From Macrostomum lignano (lineage: Eukaryota), in the NCBI GenBank assembly GCA_002269645.1, contig NIVC01000023.1, forward strand, positions 1,364,001-1,428,000: a DNA stretch of 64,000 bases, given 5' to 3'. Of the stretch, positions 60,770-64,000 are shown one piece after another. The first letter of the stretch is position 1. Every line of letters starts with the position of its first letter. Position numbers and translations under genes: made by a program. The notes beneath the pieces are model-generated. The model was given only the letters and a program-made list of their open reading frames with translations, made no database searches and was not told the origin of the DNA.

Positions 60770-61230
60770 AATTCCTTCCCCCGAATGTACACCCAAGCTC
60801 CTATCAATTCCTTCCCCCGAATGTACACCCAAGCTCCTATCAATTCCTTCCCCCGAATGTACATTCAAGCTCCTATCAATTCCTTCCCCCGAATGTACAC
60901 CCGAAGCTCCTATCAATTTCTTCCCCCGAATGTACACCCAAGCTCCTATCAATTCCTTCCCCCGAATGTACATTCAAGCTCCTATCAATTCCTTCCCCCG
61001 AATGTACATTCAAGCTCCTATCAATTCCTTCCCCCGAATGTACATTCAAGCTCCTATCAATTCCTTCCCCCGAATGTACACCCAAGCTCCTATCAATTCC
61101 TTCCCCCGAATGTACACCCATTCCTATCAATTCCTTCCCCCGAATGTACACTCAACTCCTAGCAATTCCTTCCCCCGAATGTACACCCAAGCTCCTATCA
61201 ATTCCTTCCCCCGAATGTACACTCAAGTTC
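60770..61230 (+). repeat. 36-bp intergenic minisatellite (ATTCCTTCCCCCGAATGTACACCCAAGCTCCTATCA)
   Basis: Period 36 (60781, 60817). Confidence 0.95.
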
Positions 61231-61844
61231 CATTTGTTTATTTTTAAACGTATATTTTTTGTTTTTTTCGCGACCTAGAAACATTCGAGTGCTCTGAGTC
61301 TATTTTGGCAAGCACATTCATATCAGATCTAAAAGAATATTTGCACCTGGTAACGACTGAATCGAAGAACGTGGAATTTTTTATCTAATGTTTTTTTATA
61401 GTCGAAATTCTCATAAATTCCACTTCCGTGTGGTTCAACTGCACTGTGGTTCAATTTTGTATTTTATTTGAAAAAATGAATAGCTGTGACCTTTAATTCT
61501 TTCGAAGACATATTTCACGGTGAGACTCGCTCATACATATTATTTCCTGTTTTTATATCAATAATTGCTGTTTTTCTCTCGCCTTGTTCAGATCAATAAA
61601 TGCGAATTTAATTTGTTTTCTTCAACTGCCTTAAATATAGAATTAAAAAGCACTCAACGATTCCATTGATGTAACAGTTAATCGAGATTTCAATTTTCGT
61701 ATCTAACTAAATTTAAACATACTCTACGCCTATGATACTACTGAATAGTCAAACAGTAGAATTCTTTGGACATTATGATCGAAATTTAATAACGCGCCAT
61801 ATCGGTTTTCTCTATTTTTAAGCGCGTCAAGCTTGCCTAGTGTG

Positions 61845-62087
61845 ATGGATGCCTTACGGCGTTTCTTTGAAAGCTATCTATCAAGCTTGGACGGTATTGA
61901 CGCCATATTGTTGTCGGATCGCTGCGGCGTGCCTTTGATCAGTGCCGCTTTGCCTGAGCGGCACTGGACGGTGGATCTAGTGGTGAAGCGAGGCCTGGTG
62001 CCCAGCTTCTGTCAGGCCGGGGATCACGCGAACAGGGCTGGCTTGGGAGCCCTAGACTGCGCCATCTGCCAGTTCAATCAGATGACC
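61845..62087 (+). CDS. LAMTOR3: Ragulator subunit LAMTOR3 (MP1), first coding exon; remainder not seen in window
   Basis: MDALRRFFESYLSSLDGIDAILLSDRCGVPLI...GLVPSFCQAGDHANRAGLG..DCAICQFNQM parallels the human MP1 N-terminus (DDLKRFLYKKLPSVEGLHAIVVSDRDGVPVI, from memory). Donor ACC|GTGAG. Confidence 0.9.
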
Positions 62088-62109
62088 GTGAGCTCGCACA
62101 GGGACTCTT

Positions 62110-63706
62110 GTGAATGCAGCTGATTGGTTTGTGTGAATGTAGCTGATTGGATTTGTGTGAATGCAGCTGATTAGATTTGTGAATGTAGCTGATTGGATTT
62201 GTGTGAATGCAGCTGATTAGATTTGTGTGAATGTATTTGATTAGATTTGTGTGAATGTATCTGATTAGATTTGTGTGAATGTAGCTGATTGGTTTGTGTG
62301 AATGTAGCTGATTAGATTTGTGTGAATGTAACTGCTTAGATTTGTGTGGATGTAGCTGATTAGATCTGTGTGAATGTAGCTGATTGTTTTGTGTGAATTT
62401 AGCTGATTGGATCGGTGTGAATGTAGCTGATTAGATCGGTGTGAATATAGCTGATTAGATCTGTGTGAATGTAGCTGATTAGATTTTTGTGAATGTAGCT
62501 GATTAGATCTGTGTGAATGTAGCTGATTAGATTTGTGTGAATATAGCTGATTAGATCTGTGTGAATGTAGCTGATTCGTTTGTGTGAATGCAGCTGATTG
62601 GATTTGTGTGAATGTATCTGATTAGATTTGTGTGAATTTATCTGATTAGATTTTTGTGAATGTAGCTGATTAGATTTGTGTGAATATAGCTGATTAGATC
62701 TATGTGAATACAGCTGATTTTATTGTGAATGTATCTGATTAGATTTGTGAATATAGCTGATTGGTTTGTGTGAATGTAGCTGATTAGATCTGTGTGAATG
62801 TAGCTGATTAGATTTGTGTGAATGTATGTGATTAGATTTGTGTGAATGTAGCTGATTCGTTTGTGTGAATGCAGCTGATTGGATTTGTGTGAATGCAGCT
62901 GATTGGTTTGTGTCAATGCAGCTGATTAGATTTGTGTGAATGTATCTGATTAGATTTGTGTGAATTTATCTGATTACAATTTTGTGAATGTAGCTGATTA
63001 GATTTGTGTGAATATAGCTGATTAGATCTATGTGAATGCAGCTGATTTTATTGTGAATGTATCTAATTAGATTTGTGAATGTAGCTGATTGGTTTGTGTG
63101 AATGTAGCTGATTAGATCTGTTAATGCAGCTGATTGATTTGTGTGAATGTAGCTGATTGTTTTGTGTGAATGTAGCTGATTAGATTTGTGTGAATATAGC
63201 TGATTAGATCTATGTGAATGCAGATGATTTTAGTGTGAATATAGCTGATTGGTTTGTGTGAATGTAGCTGATTAGATCTGTGTGAATGTAGCTGATTAGA
63301 TCTGTGTGAATGTAGCTGATTAGATCTGTGTGAATGTAGCTGATTAGATTTGTGTGAATGTATCTGATTAGATTTGTGTAAATGTAGCTGATTCGTTTGT
63401 GTGAATGCAGCTGATTGGATTTGTGTGAATGCAGCTGATTGGTTTGTGTCAATGCAGCTGATTAGATTTGTGTGAATGTATCTGATTAGATTTGTGTGAA
63501 TTTATCTGATTACATTTTTGTGAATGTAGCTGATTAGATGTGTGAATATAGCTGATTAGATCTATGTGAATGCAGCTGATTTTATTGTGAATGTATCTAA
63601 TTAGATTTGTGAATGTAGCTGATTGGTTTGTGTGAATGTAGCTGATTAGATCTGTTAATGCAGCTGATTGATTAGTGTGAATGTAGCTGATTGGTTTGTG
63701 TGAATG
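62110..63706 (+). repeat. 24-bp intronic minisatellite (TGTGTGAATGTAGCTGATTAGATT)
   Basis: About 65 degenerate tandem units. Confidence 0.95.

Positions 63707-64000
<294 letters not shown>

Overview
Eukaryotic (invertebrate animal) genomic DNA, not prokaryotic. The minisatellite-filled introns and Ala/Ser-run coding style recall Macrostomum-type flatworms, but the species cannot be confirmed from sequence. Three spliced genes lie head-to-tail on the + strand: (1) a 3-exon LEM-domain/C-terminal-TM nuclear-envelope gene (emerin/LAP2-like, 16925-19729, with a 1-nt frameshift in exon 1); (2) a 12-exon carboxypeptidase D (21493-60165; my exon chain is phase-consistent, 4422 nt = 1473 aa); (3) the first coding exon of LAMTOR3 (61845-62087). 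The main non-obvious content is a large expansion of a box C/D snoRNA of the U15/SNORD15 family. I count 53 copies (48 with canonical C and D boxes): 5 in intron 1 of the LEM gene and 48 in the 24.2-kb intron 1 of CPD. Most CPD copies sit in ~4.1 near-identical 5.12-kb tandem units, which also carry two tRNA-derived SINEs, a MITE-like element and a Crypton-like palindromic insertion. Paralog subtypes differ in D' spacing, which predicts methylation of adjacent LSU rRNA nucleotides. Most clusters begin with a tRNA-like 61-bp repeat and a conserved 127-nt structured leader. Also present: an inverted Penelope-like retroelement remnant with a 14-bp TSD and two mutated hammerhead ribozymes, a CMC/EnSpm-like non-autonomous transposon with a 3-bp TSD, the 3' end of a LINE at the window edge, and many minisatellites. 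Most ORFs in the supplied track are spurious repeat translations. All counts and coordinates were read by eye.
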